Below are positions 1 to 14,673 of a stretch of DNA of 64,000 bases, piece after piece (position 1 is the stretch's first letter; each line of letters opens with the position of its first letter). The notes under the pieces were generated by a model. It searched no databases, was not told the origin of the DNA, and worked only from the letters and a program-made list of their open reading frames with translations. Where the stretch lies: the NCBI RefSeq assembly GCF_006345805.1, contig NC_043002.1:48794001-48858000 (forward strand). Reading direction: 5' to 3'. A program made the translations under genes and the position numbers. This stretch comes from Octopus sinensis (lineage: Eukaryota).

Positions 1-489
1 AATTTGTTGAGGAAGATAATTCACAGCCAGATGTCCTTCCTGTTACCAACCCTCACTTGTTTCAAAACATGGAACTAGTTCTCCATTGTGAGACATGTTT
101 TCTCGGAAGATTGGAAATGAAACAACAATACATGTATGACAGAGACCAGTTACAGCTATTACATAATGTCAATGCAAGAAGACACAAATACACACATGCA
201 CACACACACACACGCACTCATGCATACATGCATGCACACACATACATGCATGCACACACATACATGCATGCACACACATACATGCATGCACACACATACA
301 TATAAGCTGGTGGCATCTAAAAAAGCTTCCAGCACACTCTATAAAGTGGTTGGCATAGAAACCATGTCATAGGAGACAATTTGAGCATTGTCAGCTTTCT
401 TTCTGACCAACTCCTGTGACACCACCCAATCCATGCCAGCATGGGAAACGGATGATAAAAGATGATGATGATGATGTTGATGATGCACA

Positions 490-521
<32 letters not shown>

Positions 522-561
522 ACACACACACACAACACACACATGCATAACACACAACACA

Positions 562-622
<61 letters not shown>

Positions 623-789
623 CTGTCTTTCAGTTTCTGTCTACTAAATTCACTGACTAGTTTGATCAGCCCAAGGCTATAGCAGCATCAGACACTTATT
701 TAAGCTGCCAGGCAGTGGGATTGAACTCCAAAACCATGCGGTTGAGAAGAGAATTTCACACATACACACACACACAAGTACGTACATAT

Positions 790-824
790 ATTTATATATG
801 TGTATGTTCTTTTATATAGACACA

Positions 825-869
<45 letters not shown>

Positions 870-871
870 TA

Positions 872-905
<34 letters not shown>

Positions 906-1025
906 TGTGTGTATATATATATATGTATATATATATATGCATGTGTATATGTATATATATATGTATATATATTATATATATATATATGCATGTGTATATA
1001 TGTATATATATATGTATATATATAT

Positions 1026-1104
<79 letters not shown>

Positions 1105-1185
1105 ATATATATATATGTATATATATGTGTGTGTGTGTGTGTATATATGTATGTGTATATATATATATATATATGTATGAATATA
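790..1185. repeat. compound (TA)n/(TG)n microsatellite
   Basis: Read directly from the sequence. It explains the overlapping YI/CV-rich ORFs. Confidence 0.95.
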
Positions 1186-1864
1186 CAGTATGCATTCAGT
1201 TCCTAAGATAATTGACTCAGTTGAAGAGAAATCCTTGTTAAAGAAATTATTCCTTCCCTGGCAAGAGTGGAAAGAAAAATTGCTGGCAACCAAATAATTT
1301 ACGCCTTTATTTTTGACATCTATTATTTTTTGCTTCTTCCCTATTTCTTATTTTAAATATCTGAAACATACTGCAATTTGATTCTTGGAAATTGTATTCC
1401 CTAAGAATTTATTCCTGAATATGTTTTAAAAAATATTTTTCTTACATATTGTTGTTCATGATAATTGAAGAAGTCAGAAATATCGGTTTCAAACTTAGAA
1501 ATAATGGATTCAGAAGATGCCACAGATATATTTTGATACAGATGAAGGGGCCAAAGTGAATAACTGTAAAATACAGTGCAGAATAGAAAAAAAATACAGG
1601 CAACTGTGTCTGTCAATGCACAATTGATTATGAATGATGATACACACAAACACACACTCACACACACACACACATACACACACACACACACATGCATTGA
1701 TAGATAGATATAAATAGAGAGAGATAAATTGACATGTGTATGTGTGTGTGTCTCTGTGTGCGTGTGTATAGATAGACGAACCGATAACAAATAGATAAAA
1801 TAAATAGATAGAGAGGTAAATAGATAGTAGACAGGTTAATGTATATGGTTGTGTGTGTGTGTGT

Positions 1865-1909
<45 letters not shown>

Positions 1910-2458
1910 CACACACACAGATACCAGCATGATTAAAGCTGCATCGTTGAGACATAAAAAAATATATTTGTACATATGGAAGACAGCTTTTCTTTTAAAC
2001 ATATAACATTAAAAACAAGATTATATTCTAGTTATATCAAACAGTGATAGTGGACAAAAATGTCATAAACAAAAAAAAACATGTACCCTGATACACACAC
2101 ACACAAACACACACACAAATACACTCACAAATATATATACAAACACACACACAAACAAACAATGGGCTTTTTACAGCTTCCATCTACCAAATCCACTCCT
2201 CACAAGGCTTTGGTTGATCCAGGGCTATAATAGAAGTCACTTGCCCAAGATGCCACACATTGGGACTGAATGCAAGCCACATGGTGAAGAAGCAAGATTT
2301 TTTATCCACACCATCATACCTACATGCACTTATGAAAAATTTTGAATTTAAAACTCGCTATATAAGATGAAGAGCATAAAATATATTGAAAATATGACTG
2401 GAGCTTGGGAACAAGAAAAATGTAGGTGATATTAATAAAAATAATCTATGGCAGTATA

Positions 2459-3218
2459 TGAGGTGTGTTCAAAAAATATCTGACTTTACTTTTTTCCTGC
2501 CAAAACTGGTCCCACATGGGCAAAATCCTTTGGCTGGGAGGTAGCGCCACTCTTTCTGCACATGTATGAAAAGTTTTGCACTGCTAGTTCCCAACTGTCA
2601 CACCTGGAGTACAGATATGTTGTGTGTTCTTGTCAGATTTTTGTTTTCATTAAATGCACCAAGCAGGGATTTTGCATCAAATTTTGTCAAAAGCTTAGTG
2701 ATGTTCAAGCTCAAACCATCCAGAAATTCAGTAGGCCTTTGGCAATGAAACCATGGGCAAAACTCAGATCAAGGAGCAGTACAACTGCTTCAGACATGGC
2801 TGCACATCCATGGAGAGTGAGGCATACTCAGGCAGGCCATCTACAAGCTAAAACAAAGAGCTGATTAAGAAGGTTTGGTGAATAGTCATAGAAGACCGTC
2901 ATGTAACAATCCAAGAAATTGCTCACAAAGTGGGAAAAAGCACAGGATTAGTGGGAAGAAGCACTGGTGATGAGATATGGGTTTATGGACTCTGCTTGAT
3001 GCGTTTGGTCATCTTGTGTGAAAGCAGAAGTCCAACAGGTGCACACTACATGTCTTTACTCTAATAGCTGGGGATTAACACAGCCTACCAGTGAGAAAAT
3101 TTTCACACATGCGCAAGAAGTGGTGGTGGTGGGTCACTTTCCACTGAAAGGATTTTGCTCACACAGCAGTAGATTTGGCAGGAAAAAATAAAGTCAGATA
3201 CTTTATAAATGCACCTCA
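2459..3218 (+). mobile_element. internally deleted mariner element
   Basis: TA flanks at 2457-58 and 3219-20. Imperfect ~40 bp TIRs (TGAGGTGTGTTCAAAAAATATCTGACTTTA / TAAAGTCAGATACTTTATAAATGCACCTCA). Transposase remnant QGFCIKFCQKL...SGRPSTS*NKELIKKV..IVIEDRHVTIQEIAHKVG. Confidence 0.85.
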
Positions 3219-3727
3219 TATCTGGTAAGTTAAAGAATTAGACAAGCAGAAATATCTATATTGATAACAAGAGTGGTTAAAGCTGAAGGGGGAATAGAGA
3301 AAATTTAAATGTTCTGTTGAAGAGTTGAGTATTGATCCATTCTTCTGTATGGAAATAAACATTGAAATATAAAGTGTTGAAAATGTCAATGACTGCATTG
3401 TTAAAGATATATTGAGATCAAGAATGTCTATTAGTGTATAAAAAAATAAAAGTGAAAATAGAGAGTCTATGACTGTTCATGGTAAATGATAAGATATTGA
3501 TCCAATCAATCAGATGATGGTATGAGTTTTTAGTGTTTTGAGAGGTATTTGTTTAATGGATGGATTTAAACAAATCTCTCATTTACATAATTTGCAAATT
3601 AATTAAGGTTTTTGATTTAAGAAAGATACTCTTCTGAACCATACATAATCTGCAATAATCTGTTCTATTTCCATATAGTTTGCATCTTTCAAGAATCTTT
3701 CACCTGATACTGAAATTTGTTGATTAG

Positions 3728-3880
3728 GCATAGCTATATGGTTAAGAAGCTTGCTCTACAACAACGTAGTTTTGAGTTCAGTCCCACAGTGCAACACCTT
3801 AGGTAAGTGTTTTCTACTATAGCTAAGGGCTAACCAATGCCTTGTGGGCGAATTTGGTAGCTAGAAACTGTGCTGAAGCC
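3728..3880 (+). mobile_element. SINE family A, 5' half
   Basis: tRNA-like head GAGTTCAGTCCCAC plus the CTACTATAGC...GAATTTGGTAG core. Confidence 0.7.
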
Positions 3881-3934
3881 TAATATGTATATATGAATGT
3901 ATACACTTACGTTTATGTGTATTCTCATGCATAT

Positions 3935-4560
3935 GCAGTGATGCCAGAAAATTTGAAACTTTTTCAAGGAAAGGTACTTATAACTGCCCTAGATTATTAT
4001 AAATTTAGTATATCATTACTATACATCTAATAAGCTGACCCACCAACTTTTGTTATTCCAGATTGAGAAGACAGCTGCAACAGCACTTTGAACATGCCCT
4101 ACTAAATACTGCTGTCACAGCTAACTAGTTTGTAGAATGCAGTTGGGGCATGAAGACAATTGGGAAGCTTACTATGCAATAAAGTTTTGTGTTAGACAGG
4201 GCAAAAACATTACAGAAAATTATGAATAGCTTATAGATTAACTTGTATGAGCCAAAGATTTGTCTTTTGCTGACACAAGAGGACAGGCAAGGCAAGTCCA
4301 TTGGGAAGCTCATAATGTTCCCCTTTTTAGACAGTAAAGTCATCATCCACATCCACTGGGTTTCCTCTGGGTAGATCATTAACAATGAGTACTTTCGGGA
4401 AGATTTGAGGGAGTTCAGGAAAATATTTCATCACAGGAGGCCAGAACATCTGCACCAGAATAATACATCAGTCCACATTTCTATCCTGGTAACCAACTGC
4501 TTGACAGTGATATCATTAAAGGGTTATCAGTCCTCTCACTTTCTGTCTCTGACTTGCCCT
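3935..4560 (+). mobile_element. highly decayed mariner transposase remnant
   Basis: 4370-4510 reads approximately INNEYF...RRPEHLHQNNTSVHISILVTNCLT, resembling TINSEYY...RPEL..LHHDNAPAH.SLLVT.FLT. The left boundary is uncertain. Confidence 0.45.
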
Positions 4561-4902
4561 ATTCCTTATATTTCAATCTCTCTCATTCTTTCTTTCATCC
4601 TATCTGTTCCTTGCTGATTCTTCCTTGACAGGGAAAATTAAATGTTAAATGTTTGAAAAAAAAAAAAACGCTACTTTGAGAATGAGAAAAGAAGGATTAT
4701 TTGAAAGAGATGGAAAGTTGCTGAAAAACGAACTTGTATTTGATGTTTTTGGAGCAGGAATATTATATGAATGAGGGAGAAAATGAGAGAAAGAGATAAA
4801 ATGAAAAAGAGAGAGATTTGAGTAAGAGTAACCCTGTTAAAAGCAAACAATAAAAAATTAATCTGGGGTTATGAAAAAACTAGCAATAACAGTCTGTCTT
4901 AC

Positions 4903-4992
4903 CTGTGATAATCCAAGATAGATAGATACAGTTTCTGAGACATAAAGGAATCTTCCATCACTTGCAAGTGCAAAAGCAAATCCATCAACTGA
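4903..4992 (-). CDS. trh: trachealess/NPAS1-3 PAS-A start exon (90 bp)
   Basis: Acceptor is TTTTCTATATTTCAG| and donor is CAG|GTAAGA. Phase 0 to 0. Translates to [30 protein letters not shown], the segment that directly follows HILQ in Trh/NPAS3. I did not find the next exon (VEMTGSS...) in 1-4902. Confidence 0.95.
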
Positions 4993-6284
4993 CTGAAATA
5001 TAGAAAAGGAAATATTCTGTAAGGTGTACAAACAACAATACTACCAAAAAAAAAAGGAGAGAATTTCATTCCTTCTTTTCAGAAAATTATACCTTCTTGT
5101 GCATCACAAAAAAACTATGCTTGATGGCAGTGTGACATATATGCATTGGATACAGATTTTGTTATAGCATAGCTTAATCAGTAAAACTTAGTGACAAAAA
5201 TCATCATCATCATTGTTTATCATTATCTTCATCATTTTAACATCCACTTTTCGATGACTGCATGGGTAAAATGTAATTTGTTGAAGCAGATCTTTTACAA
5301 TCAGGTGCTCTTCCTGTTGCCAATGCTTCCCCTTCACAAGGGGCTTGACAAGCTCTCATAGATGACTGGAAAAGAATGACATTCCCAACTATGACAATAG
5401 TTGATACACACAGACATACATATCCTTCTGTCAGTCTGTCTGTATGTGTATATGTGTACACACACACACACACACACACACATATAAAAGTACCATCTAA
5501 CCTTTTACATACATAGATACATTCATACATATATATGATGTACATATCTATGCATGTGTCTTTGTGTTTGTGACCCACTGCTTGGCAACCAGTATTGGTT
5601 TGTCTACTTCCTATTACATTAGCAGTTCGGCAAAAGAGATGGATAGGAATAAGTATCATGCTTAAGAAAAAAGTACTGGTGTTGATTTGTCTGTCTAAAC
5701 CTTCGAGGCAGTGCTCCAGCATGGGCACAATCTTAATGACTGAAACAAGTACTAGATGGAAAATAAAAAGCTTGTAAATAGATTTCTTTTGTTTGATCCC
5801 CCCCACAATGTCACCACCACCACCACCACTACCACCTAGGTTTTCTTTAGCATTAGTACTTGAGTAAATTTGTTATATGCTTCACTAATCCAAACAGAAT
5901 GCTATATCATCTCTCAGGAATCAACCTCAAACATCCACTGAGTCAGTAGCCATCCTGAAAGTTTGGTACTAGAAAATTCCAGTGACAGAATCAAACAAAC
6001 GATTTGGACACAATAAATTACTTTGGCCTTGTTCAATCAAATCCTGTGTACTGATGGCACTAAAGTCTGACTGAATATTCCAGAGAGGGATCCTTAGTAT
6101 AAATTCGAACAAATAGATTCTGCATTGTAAATTATCGCTTCTTAAGGTCATCAAATTGACATTAGTAATTTGGATTTCGTTTCTTTGAATGAAATTATAC
6201 TTATATCCTAGACTTTCTTCAAATGGTTGATAAAAAAAAAAAGAAAATTGTGCTGATTGCATACTGCATTATAATATATACTCT

Positions 6285-6530
6285 TTTACTCTTTTACTTG
6301 TTTCAGTCATTTGACTACGGCCATGCTAGAGCACCGCCTTTAGTCGAGCAAATCGACCCCAGGACTTATTCTTTGTAAGCCTAGTACTTATTCTATCCGT
6401 CTCTTTTGCCGAACCACTAAGTTACGGGAACATAAACACACCAGCATTGGTTGTCAAGCGATGTTGGGGGGACAAACACAGACACACAAACACACACATA
6501 CACACACACACACATATATATACGTACATA
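6285..6530 (-). mobile_element. SINE family A, 3' half, well preserved
   Basis: Contains CTTTTACTTGTTTCAGTCATTTGACTACGGCCATGCTAGAGCACCGCC...GGACAAACACAGACAC, shared with 37240, 43900, 44860 and 58460. Confidence 0.8.
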
Positions 6531-8824
6531 TGATGATTTCTTTTGAATGAAACAGTTCTAGTCCTGTAGAAGCTCCTTATATAAAATAAATTAATTTACT
6601 CTGCTATGTATTGAGTACCTTATTTACTGTGGTTAACCCCGACTCAACCCGGGACCTACATATATATATATATATATATAAATACACACACACATACACA
6701 CACATACATACATATGTATGTATATGTATATATGTGTAGATAGATAAATACATAAATAGATACATAGATAATTATGGAGGGCATCTAACTGTAGAAACTT
6801 AGCCAAACTAGACATTGGAGCATGATGTAATCCTCTAACTCAAGAGAATTTGTCAAACCATTGAACTGATACCAGCATGGAAGCCAGGGGTTCGATGTTG
6901 ATGATGATGATGCTTTTCTTTTCTCTTTCATATTCTTCAATTATCTAAACTTATCTAGATTCTCATATCACAATGACTTTATTCACTTTTAGTTACTCAA
7001 GATCACAATTAGAGTTATACTGATTTAGAAAAAATTAATGGGGTAAATTAATTAATTAATTAATTGATTGCTTTGACATTATTCGATTAAATCCTGTGTA
7101 CTGATATCACTAAAGATTGATTGTATATTCCAGAAAGGGATGCTTAATGTCAATTCAAACAAGTAAACTTCATGTTGCAAATTATCGTCAAATCGACACT
7201 GGTAAATTGGATTTTTTTTTAATGATATGCAGGATTGATTAGATGCAGGCATTGCCATGTGGAAAAGAAGCTTGTCTTGTAATTGTGTGGTTCTGTTTGG
7301 GTTCAGTCCACTGCACAGTACCTTAGGCAAATGTTTTCTACAATAGATCCAGGCCAACCTTGTTAGTGAATTTGGCAGATAGAGACTGAGTGCAAACCTG
7401 TTGTATATATGTGTATATATGTGGATGTAAATATGTGGATATACATATGTTGTATATCATCATCATCATCTATGTGGATGTATATATGTGTGTATATATG
7501 TGGATGTATATATGTAGATATATATATATTTGTTGTATGTATATATGCATTGAAGCCTGGTGTAGCCTTCTGGCTTGCCAGCCCTCAGTCAAACCGTCCA
7601 ACTCATGCCAGCATGGAAAGCAGATGTTAAATGATGATGACAATGATGATGATGATATATATATATATCTCAATCAGTGTGTCAGTGTCTGTTTGTGGCC
7701 ACACTCCTACCACTCAACAACTACTGTCAGTTTATTATAAATAAACCATGACTTAATAGTTCAGTAAAAGAGATCCAATGAAATAAGTACCAAACTGAAA
7801 AGCAAATGCTGGGGTTGATTTATTTAACTAGAATCCTTCAAGGTGGTATCCCAGCAAGGTCACAGTCCAGTGACAAACGAGTAAAAGAAAAAAGATTATT
7901 TTGTAGATTTCCTTCAAGTAGTTAGAATTGTATTTAGTAACACATAAAAATATTTCGATAAAGGTTTGGCTCTTCCTTGATTATGGCAACGAGTGTTCCA
8001 GTAGATTATGATCTACTAAACATCTTGCTCTTGAAATTAATAGGCAAGTAGCCGAGCATTTCACAGATATGCATACATGCATACCCTTAAAGTAGTTCTC
8101 AGGGAGATTCAGCATGACACAGAATGTGATAAGGCCCTTTGAAATACAGATGCTACTAATTTTTGCTAGCAGAGGTGATGGGGCTTCTTTCAGTTCATGT
8201 TTACTAAATCCACTCACAAAGCTTTGGTCAGCTCAGGAGTATAGCAGAAGACATGTCCAAAGTGCTGTACAGTTGAACTGAACCTGGGACCATGTGGTTG
8301 GGAAGCAAACTTCTTATCATACAGCCAAACTCTTTTATTCCCATCAAATCTAATGCTTAAGTTTATGGTATAGTTTACCAAATTTTTATAAAAATATAAA
8401 ATAAAAAAGTCTTATGCAATTATGAAATTGGTATTATTTGCATTTGCAGTTAATTTCCATAGGGTTGATTGTCTTAAAATGTTATCAGGTATATAATTAA
8501 GCAGAATCAAATATTTTGACTTGATAAAGTGAAATTTTCAATAATCCCTCAAATGCACTAATGAGCCACAATTCAAAAATTAAAATGTTGAGCAAGGCTA
8601 AAGATGATTTAAATTTCCATCTTAATTAATAATTAATGAATTGATCTGAGAAAGAGTAGCAGTACTTGTGGACTGTTTAATCTAAACAGACAGAGGGATT
8701 AGAAAAACTAAGAGTTATTAGTTTAAATTCTTACATACTAGTTGAAAATTGGGGTTGATTTAACTGATTATATCCTCTCCTAGAATTATTTCTATGTTAG
8801 AAACCAATAGTAATTCACATGTAG

Positions 8825-9220
8825 ACTCTTATGGTTTACAAGCTTGATTTGCAACTGTGTGGTTTAGGGTTCAAACCCATTGGATGGCACAATGGGCAGA
8901 TGTCTTCTACTATAGCCCTGGGCCAAACAATGCTTTGTGAGTGAATTTGGTTGATGGAAACTGGGTAGAGGCTCATTGTTTGTTTGTTTGTACATACATA
9001 CATGTATGTATGCATGTATGTGATTTTGTTCCCCCACCACTAAACAGCTAGTTTTGGTTTCTTTATGTACCTGTAATTTAGTGGTTTGCCATAAGAGACT
9101 GATAGAATAAATACCAGATTTAAGAAAAAAGTTCTGGGGCTGATTTATTCAACTAAACACATCAAGAGGACAACCCAACATGGATGCACTTCAATGACTG
9201 AAGCAAGTAAAAGATAAAAG
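8825..9220 (+). mobile_element. tRNA-head SINE family A, near full length
   Basis: tRNA-like head (GGTTCAAACCC B box), conserved TGTCTTCTACTATAGCCC...GTGAGTGAATTTGG core, central microsatellite and a GACTGAAGCAAGTAAAAGATAAAAG tail. Confidence 0.75.
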
Positions 9221-10662
9221 ACGCATTTTTCATTGTGGTTCTGCTGGATTTGCAAGTTTGGATATTTACATCAGTTGCAAGAACAAATTATGCCAACAGC
9301 ACATGGTGCCAAATTAAATTCATTTCAAAAGCTTTCTGTTAAGAATTTTAATAATGATTGTTTTCATGTGACAGCTGGAATAACAGTGAGAAAATTTCTC
9401 TGCTGGAGTGTCCGAAACCTAAATGAGGGGAAAGGTTAGTAAGATCTGTTAATATGGGTGGCAGCAGTCCTTAGAAGCATGCTTGACATAAAATGCTCTT
9501 TACTGCTACACTGTTAATATCAATAAATTAAAGGAAATTTACTGAAATTATATGGTATAAATTTCAGCAATATATATGTTTTTCTTATATTCCAACCATA
9601 GAAAACTGTTTTATAATTCAATAATAATGATTGGTTCCAGGTCAAAATACATTTGTAGTTTAATTAGGTTGTGTTACACATTTTCAATAATTTGTGAAAC
9701 CAAATATAAAAAGAAAAAAAATGAAAATAATAAAGGCAGTATAAAAATCATAGTTAAGTATATGTTGAAGGTTTCAGAGTAATTTTTCTGAAAAAAGAAA
9801 AAAAGTAATAGAACGAAAATCAAAACAAAAAGGGAATGAATTTCAAAGGAAATAATAGAAGGTTGTTTTGAAAGGCTCAGTAAAAGTCGACAGGTAGCTA
9901 TCTACCATCGTTTTGGCATAGTAAGAGGTGATTTCAGTGTAAGGGTCTTCTTAATGATAGTGACACTGTTTACGAAAAACTATTGAATGATAGTCCCTCT
10001 TTCATTTTCAACCTGTTCATAAATCAGGCCGAACTTGCGTATGCCTCCCATTGCAACACTGCTGGTCTTCCATTTAAGATAGATGGGCGGAGTACAGTTA
10101 TGGCTCCATTTACTCCATTAGCTATTTGCATATGGCCATTAGTGGATAGCAGTGTGACAACATTCTCATGTGAAAGTGTATTATATTGTCTGCCAGTCAA
10201 TGTTTTATTATAACTGTCTAATTTTTGCTGAATTGTATTAAGGATGGAGATGAGGTGGATGTAAAGTGTGAAAGAAATGCAATAGGCTAATAGCAAGATG
10301 TGTGATGTTTGAAAATATGCTCAGACTACCATCAATCAGAAGCTTGTTTTGGGTTATTTCCTTTCTTTTTTATTGAAATTTTTCTTTTATCTTTTTCCTG
10401 ATGATAACTTTTACAACGGTACCAACAGTCAGTACGTGACATTATTGAAGATTTGCTGGATAGGGGCAACTTCAACCATATTTGATTCCTCATAGAAAAT
10501 TCTTATACACGCTGTTTCATTTTGTCATTTATTAACATAATAAGGGTCAAACTAAAGACAGCAACTGTATTCTGCTTACTGGGGGGTTGTTTTATTCAAA
10601 GATTTCCAGTTAAGGTTTGAAATTAAAGAGCAGAGTAAAGTGCAAGATACTAATACAATGTT

Positions 10663-10664
<2 letters not shown>

Positions 10665-10720
<56 letters not shown>

Positions 10721-10770
10721 CATGTATATATGTACATATATATATATATATATATATACATGTATATATG

Positions 10771-10816
<46 letters not shown>

Positions 10817-10900
10817 ATATACATGTATATATGTATATATATATATATGTATGCATGTATATATGTACATATATATATATGTATGCATGTATATATGTAC

Positions 10901-10932
<32 letters not shown>

Positions 10933-11014
10933 GTATGCATATGTATATAAATATATGTATATAAATATATGTATATATATATATATTATATATATATATA
11001 TATATGTGTGTGTG

Positions 11015-11049
<35 letters not shown>

Positions 11050-11067
11050 CATGTACACACACACACA

Positions 11068-11105
<38 letters not shown>
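10665..11105. repeat. compound (CA)n/(TA)n/(TG)n microsatellite
   Basis: Read directly from the sequence. Confidence 0.95.
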
Positions 11106-12428
11106 TTATATTTATATTGGTGATATATTTGTATAGATTTGTTGAAAATTATGGGGTCTATTTCAGAGAATTACCACTTTCAAATAACAATTACCATATG
11201 CTGATATTTTAGGAAGGGTTTATAAGTATATTTCAAGTATGTATTTGTGTGGTGTGTAAATTCTGGGTAAAGAATCAACCAGGAAAAATTTCAACCTCAT
11301 CTTGATAAGATATCCAGGCATAAACAGGTGCTAGACCACCTTTCACTTAATTCTTTTGATCCTGTTACAATAAACCCCAGCCACACACAGTTTCTCCGAA
11401 TTTCTTTTTTTTTTTTAGCAGTGTTTCTAGTTTCACATTGTTCTCTTCAGCATTAAAAAATTTTTTTTATTTGTTACAAATTCCATTGATTTATGTCAAA
11501 GAAGGAAAAAAGCTAACCTAACTGACTGAAAACTGGTAAACGATCATTTGTTTTCATACATCAGTTAAGGAAAGTTTGCATAAGGAGGCAGCCGTTATGT
11601 GACAAGGGTATTAAGAAGATGTTTATGTTTTCTTACTTTCAATGGAATAAACATAAGGATGATTTAAAATATAAAAATGAGTTGTTGGTATTGTTTAGCC
11701 CAAGGTCACCGTGATTGAAAAGTCTTATGATCAAAGGAATTTTAACTACGACCATCCCTATATAGTCCCTATATTTAGGACTATATTTTTCAATGCGTTG
11801 CTTCTTTTTTAAGAAGTTGGATATAATTTGAGTGAGATCTGATTGCTATTTCTAGCAGATCAAATAAAGAGATATAGTTTCCTTTGTAAGTTCATGAAAT
11901 TCAAGTAGAATTTGATACATTTTTATAAACCTAGTAGCATTTAATTGAATCAAAATAACTATTTTGCAAAATAAGCAGCTGTTTTGAAATAAATGCTTTC
12001 TTTTTTATACTATTTGCGATACCATGCTACCTCTACTAAATCATAAATACATATCCTAACTTAATTCTCATTTTTTCCCTTGAATTAGTGACGGTTTTTT
12101 ATCTGCTGACTGAGGGCAAGAGTACAGTATTATATATGTATTACAGTCTTGCCATATCCTCGGCTAACATTGAAAGTCTGCACTCTCTTTTGTTATACTT
12201 CTCTCTTGAGTATCTATATCTTGTATCTTTTACTTGTTCCAATCATTGGACTGCAGTGCTGCTATTGTCACCACTTTGAAGGGTTTCATTGGACAGATTG
12301 ACCCCAGTACTTCGTTTTAAACCTGGTAATTGTTCTATCAGTTACTTTTGCTTAACTGCTAAGTTGTGGGAATATAACAAACCAACACTGATTGTTAAGC
12401 AGTGAAGGAGAGGGACAAATACAATAAC

Positions 12429-12469
<41 letters not shown>

Positions 12470-12470
<1 letters not shown>

Positions 12471-12630
12471 GCATGGCTGTGTGGTAAGAAGCTTGCTTTA
12501 CAATTGCGTGGTTCAAGGTTCAGTTTCACTGCATGACACCTTGGGCAAATATGTTCTACTATAGTCTTGGGCCAATCGAAGCCTTTTGAGTGGATTTGGT
12601 AGACAGAAACTGAAAGAAGCCTATTGTGTA
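12470..12630 (+). mobile_element. SINE family A, 5' half
   Basis: ATGGCTGTGTGGTAAGAAGCTTGCT...GGTTCAGTTTCAC...ACCTTGGGCAAATATGTTCTACTATAG...GGTAGACAGAAACTGAAAGAAGCC. Confidence 0.8.
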
Positions 12631-12881
12631 CACACACACACACACATACAACATACACATACACACACAACATACATATACACACACGTGTGTGTGTGTG
12701 TATGTATAATATATGTGTGTGTTCACTCTGCAGGACAGTTGGTGTTAGGAGGGGCATCTAGCCATAAAACACCATGCCAAAACAGACACTGAAGCCTGGT
12801 GCAGTCCTCTGCCAAGCCAGCTTCCTTCAAACCGCCCAACCCATGCTAGCATGGAAAGCAGATGTTAAATGATGATGATGA

Positions 12882-12924
<43 letters not shown>

Positions 12925-13865
12925 CATACATACATACATACATACACAATGAGCTTTCACAGATTCTGTTTATCAAATTCACTCATAATGTATTGGTTAC
13001 CCCTGGGCTATAGTGGAAGACAATTGCCCAAAGTGCCATGCAATGGAACTGAACCTAAAACACATGGTTGTAAAGCAAGCTTCTTAACCACATATCTATG
13101 CCTGCGTAAGGTTGATAGTAATGTTGATATACTACTGAGGTTGACTGCCTTTTATCCTTTCAGGGTTGATAAAAATAAATACCAGTTGAGTACTGGGGTT
13201 GATGTAATCAACTTATTCTTACTCACCTGAAATTGCTGGCCTTGTGCCAAAATTTGAGATCAATATTTATAGTTAGTAACTAGAAACTAAACAAATAGTT
13301 AATAGATTAAACTGAATATACTGCTCTTTTTTTTAACTGCTCAAAACCTTTGTATGTAATTTGTAGCTGGAAATATTTAGTGTAAAGTGATTCTCTGCTG
13401 CTGATGGTAGCATTTATTTACATTATTATCTCATAAATAGCAAATAATATCATGTTAGGCTACATAAAGGTTTCTACCCAACTTTTTATTTATTTATTTA
13501 TTACTTATTTATTGTTTCACAAAGGGTGATTTCACAATGGTATGGAAAAGAAAACTTGAAAAAAGGTAAAAAAAACCGGAAAAATGGAATTGACAATAGA
13601 TAACTTGATGAATGAATGAATAAATAAATGGATAAACAAATAATTTTAAAAACTACATAGAATGATAATGACTTTTCTTTTATATACAGATGAAATAGGT
13701 AGGCTCAGTAATGGTGAATTTACATCTTTTTTAAAACCTAAGACTACACACACGCATACTCATACACACATGCATGCCACTCATACACACATGCATGCCA
13801 CTCATACACACATTCAAGCACACATACATTGTAACACATTCATATACACATGTATTTATATATAT

Positions 13866-13901
<36 letters not shown>

Positions 13902-14096
13902 ATCTTAAGATTTATAAATGTAAATTCTAATGCATCAGTTGACCTATACATACACACACATGTATGTGAATATATATATATAAATAAATTATTTTCCTTT
14001 ACTATTATAATCTAAATATTCAACTGCCAATAAAAGAATATATATATATATGTATATATATGTGTGTGTGCATGTGTATAAATATCTATATGTGTG

Positions 14097-14159
<63 letters not shown>

Positions 14160-14607
14160 TACTCTGTGTATCTCCATCCATCTATATATATATATGTATA
14201 TCATGATACATGTATATTTATTATGTATATTTTTCTGTAACTGTAGATTAGCTATTTGACTCTTAGTTGAGAGAATATTTATTAAGCAGCTAACTAATGA
14301 AATATCTGCTGTGCTGTTTCCAAAACTTAATATGAAGGAATAGTTGAGTAGAGGCTCGGGTAATTTATTAGCTAATAAAACTTGAAGAAATTATGGGTTG
14401 TCACCAGTAATTAAGTTGATGCCAGATTTTACCATTTTTTCCTCGTTGCAATTGCATAAAAGTAGAAAAAGAGGAAAAGAACATAGTTGAAAGAAGGCAT
14501 AAATGGTAGAAAGAAAGATGTGGTGTAATCCAAAGAAAGACTTTTCCTATTTTTCTAAATTTAACATTTGCTCAGAATGTTATTTTCTTAAAAGATCTGG
14601 ACAGTTT

Positions 14608-14673
<66 letters not shown>

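Noticed and set aside
57-2002. Many overlapping ORFs rich in HT, CV and YI dipeptides here and across the window
   Set aside because: They are translations of (CA)n, (TG)n and (TA)n microsatellites, which lack stop codons in several frames.
3620-3730. Short minus-strand open frame as the next trh exon
   Set aside because: It does not encode the expected VEMTGSS..FDY PAS-A continuation.
10024-10296. 90-aa minus-strand ORF as a coding exon
   Set aside because: It has no resemblance to bHLH-PAS or any family I recognise and no convincing splice-site pair. It is better read as non-coding.
12470-12545. tRNA genes at SINE heads (also 42700-42780)
   Set aside because: A and B boxes are present but there is no complete cloverleaf, and each continues into a SINE body.
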